From assembly GCA_048882505.1 (NCBI GenBank), contig JBHLRO010000054.1, positions 1 through 7,229 of the forward strand: a stretch of 7,229 nt of DNA. Direction: 5' to 3'. Shown one piece after another: positions 4,973 through 7,229 of the stretch. The stretch is from Candidatus Thorarchaeota archaeon. GTDB taxonomy: Archaea > Asgardarchaeota > Heimdallarchaeia > Hodarchaeales > Hodarchaeaceae. The notes beneath the pieces are model-generated. The model ran no database searches. It was given only the letters and a program-made list of their open reading frames with translations, and had not been told where the DNA came from. The first letter of the stretch is position 1; each line of letters opens with the position of its first letter. The position numbers and the translations under genes are program-made.

Positions 4973-7229
4973 ATGGATTTAATACTCAATTTCCTGCCAG
5001 TCATCACAATTTTGGCTGTTGGAGGGGGAGTGTGGCAGATTTTTTACAAGTTTAATAAAAAGAAGCTCCGTATCGCCGAGCACTTCAATGTTTTCTTATT
5101 AATCGGCTCCTTTCTCCTTATTGTTCCCTTAACTTGGGTCGGAATACAACCAAACGGTGTATGGACCGTTACAGTAGGATCCCAAAGCTTGGATCTAGTT
5201 AACTTCTCAGGATGGAATTTGCTCTATTTTTTTACGGGCCTGATTATTTGCTTGATCGGGGGTTATTTTGCCCTGCGCAGGATATTGGGATCCTTTGAAG
5301 AGTTTCATATAGATTTTGCAGAACTTATCAACTATCGCACGGTTTTGATCGGCTTTCTCATCCTAGATTATTTGTTCCTATCAATTGTGTTGCCTTTGAG
5401 AGGTTTCGACACATTATATTATTATTTACCAGAAACAGAGGTCTTTCACCAAACTAATCGCATAACCGAAGCAAACTATCTTTCGTTTCTCCCTGTTGTC
5501 AAAAGTCCCATGAATGTCCTCATTTTTGTCTATGGGTATTACATAACAAATGATTTAGCGATCTACCTTATCCCCTTTCTCTTTTTTCTTGGGTTAGTGT
5601 TCCTTGTTTATGATTTTTCACTAGAACTTTTCGACAACAGGCTCCTAGCTCAAACTAGCGTTATTTTCTTACTGACATTGCCGTTATTATATTGGTTCAT
5701 GGATTTTTGGGCCTTTTACCAGGATCTATTCCTCTGCTACTTCGTTTCAGTAACCTGCTATTTCAGTTACAAGTGGTTTAAATCTCCCTCGAATCAGATT
5801 AACGGGATTTTTGTTGGGATGGGACTAATCCTTTCAATCCTAACCAAAATAACTGCGTGGATATTGCCTATAATCCTCGTATGCTGGCTTCCCTCTGGGT
5901 CAAAAGGCAAAGTAATTCGAATTGGGCTTATTTTGGGATTAGGACTTTTTACTTACCTTCAAGTGGCTACGCGAATCTATATAGGTGCGATCCTCCCTAT
6001 CGCGCTTGCCATCATCGCCGTCATCTATCTAATTGGAATCGAGCAGAATCCTGGGACTTCGACGCGGGGTTTTTTGCGTCAGATTCCAGTTTTCGGAGGT
6101 ATGCTTATAGGAAGTTTCTGGATTCTCGATCGCATTTCTCTATCAGATGCGGTTTGGGAGGAGATTTCCAGAACATATTTCGAGGTGGTTCATGTAATCA
6201 AATGGGTTTATCCGAGTCAACCACAAGATCCTCTCCTACACACGCTTGAAGTCGTACATAGAATTAATTTTTTCTCAGCCGCTGGGATATTGTTCTTGGG
6301 ATCTGCATTTGTTTTACCGTGGATTGTTTTGAAATTCTATTCACTGAGGGAACTTAAACCGATCACTCCACTTCTCATCTGGATTCTCTTATTCTTCATT
6401 GTTTGGGTCACCTACTACCTTACAGGCTCCATTCGTTATCTCGCACCCATTATCGTTCCTATGGTTCTTTGGGTTGCTTGGGGATTCCATCAATTGGTTA
6501 AAATCGTGAATCATAGGATTAGTTCCGACTTTTTACTCATTTTATTCGCCTCCTTTGGAACTTTTAGTTTTTATTATTTAATTCCTTTAGATAGCTTAAC
6601 CATTTCCGATCAAACTCAAGAATCGATTGGCCTTGCTTATAACCAAGCTGCTTTGAGTTATTATTCCCATCCTGAGGTTTTGTTGATACTTGGCCTGCTG
6701 CTTATAGTCGTCTTTATGGGACTTACTCGCGAATACACAGTTACCAGGTTAAAATGGCCAAGATATTCAGTTTATTTTCAACGAATTCGAAATGGGCTCC
6801 TCTCCGCTGTTCTCATTGTCATAATCTTAACCCCGATTGCTGTCCAAGGTTACTTACTAGTGTACACAAACGGGAATTTGAGAGAATTCCATTCGATTGT
6901 TGAATATGAATATCGACCCGAGTATCAAGATCTAGTGAAAGTAATACAACAACAGAATCAACCCATCGCAGGGATCATGACCGTTAGAACGCCAGGTTTC
7001 CAGTTTTTCGTCGGTCAACCTACCCTTGATATTTATTACCAGAGAAGTCTTTTTGCCGGCAATCCATTCTTTACTTTAACAAATCTAACTGAAATTATTG
7101 ACATTTTACAGAACCCTCTTGATTATATTATCGAGACTGATTTCTCTTTCAACATCTCAGTATCTTTTAATTTCATTGTTGTCCCTTCTATGGCTAATCT
7201 TTATTATGAGATCTATCTCTCGGAAATTC
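4973..7229 (+). CDS. Polytopic GT-C-fold glycosyltransferase (ArnT/PMT/GT39-GT83-like), at least 752 aa, runs off the 3' end of the window; absent from the supplied ORF track
   Basis: I translated it manually from ATG 4973 (MDLILNFLPVITILAVGGGVWQIF...). The frame is stop-free to the window end (...NLYYEIYLSEI) and has many hydrophobic segments. GT-C-like motifs are LPLRGFD(146)TLYYYLPE in the first large loop, KSP, FYQD(251)LFL, LSILTK(292)ITAW and SIR(488)YLAPIIVP. A soluble C-terminal domain begins after about aa 630. Confidence 0.85.
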   Translation, partial: MDLILNFLPVITILAVGGGVWQIFYKFNKKKLRIAEHFNVFLLIGSFLLIVPLTWVGIQPNGVWTVTVGSQSLDLVNFSGWNLLYFFTGLIICLIGGYFALRRILGSFEEFHIDFAELINYRTVLIGFLILDYLFLSIVLPLRGFDTLYYYLPETEVFHQTNRITEANYLSFLPVVKSPMNVLIFVYGYYITNDLAIYLIPFLFFLGLVFLVYDFSLELFDNRLLAQTSVIFLLTLPLLYWFMDFWAFYQDLFLCYFVSVTCYFSYKWFKSPSNQINGIFVGMGLILSILTKITAWILPIILVCWLPSGSKGKVIRIGLILGLGLFTYLQVATRIYIGAILPIALAIIAVIYLIGIEQNPGTSTRGFLRQIPVFGGMLIGSFWILDRISLSDAVWEEISRTYFEVVHVIKWVYPSQPQDPLLHTLEVVHRINFFSAAGILFLGSAFVLPWIVLKFYSLRELKPITPLLIWILLFFIVWVTYYLTGSIRYLAPIIVPMVLWVAWGFHQLVKIVNHRISSDFLLILFASFGTFSFYYLIPLDSLTISDQTQESIGLAYNQAALSYYSHPEVLLILGLLLIVVFMGLTREYTVTRLKWPRYSVYFQRIRNGLLSAVLIVIILTPIAVQGYLLVYTNGNLREFHSIVEYEYRPEYQDLVKVIQQQNQPIAGIMTVRTPGFQFFVGQPTLDIYYQRSLFAGNPFFTLTNLTEIIDILQNPLDYIIETDFSFNISVSFNFIVVPSMANLYYEIYLSEI

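Noticed and set aside
5021-5032. GGAGGGGGAGTG, an SD-like run before an in-frame GTG in the GT-C gene
   Set aside because: It encodes Gly-Gly-Gly-Val in the first TM, and the 4-nt spacing is short. ATG 4973 gives a complete N-terminal TM.
5227-5233. T7 homopolymer (and other T6/A6 runs) as possible phase-variation tracts
   Set aside because: The runs are short and expected from Phe/Lys codons in AT-rich membrane-protein genes. All frames are intact.
5857-6249. 130-aa plus-strand ORF in the ORF track
   Set aside because: It is an alternative frame nested inside the much longer GT-C reading frame (4973 onward) and has no family motifs.
1-7229. tRNA, rRNA, CRISPR array, transposase or terminal inverted repeats
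   Set aside because: None was seen. The window is almost fully coding and the only intergenic gaps are 59, 9 and 215 bp.

Overview
This AT-rich window holds four protein-coding genes and no detectable RNA genes, CRISPR arrays or mobile elements. (1) The 3' part of a uroporphyrinogen-decarboxylase (URO-D)/MtaA-CmuA-superfamily enzyme (+, open from base 1 to 579). (2-3) A two-gene minus-strand unit of MacB/FtsX (type VII ABC) permeases. The first is a 389-aa protein of standard size. The second is a 979-aa protein whose extracytoplasmic domain carries about seven tandem ~80-aa beta-sandwich repeats containing 19 N-glycosylation sequons. (4) A divergently transcribed, multi-TM GT-C-fold (ArnT/PMT-like) glycosyltransferase (+, 4973 to the window end, at least 752 aa), which the ORF track omits because it has no stop in the window. 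No ABC ATPase gene lies in the permease unit, although both of its flanks are visible. A BRE/TATA-like promoter and the dense sequons suggest an archaeal source; this is inference only. The main lead is an ATPase-less permease pair with a long glycosylated repeat stalk, sitting head-to-head with a GT-C enzyme.
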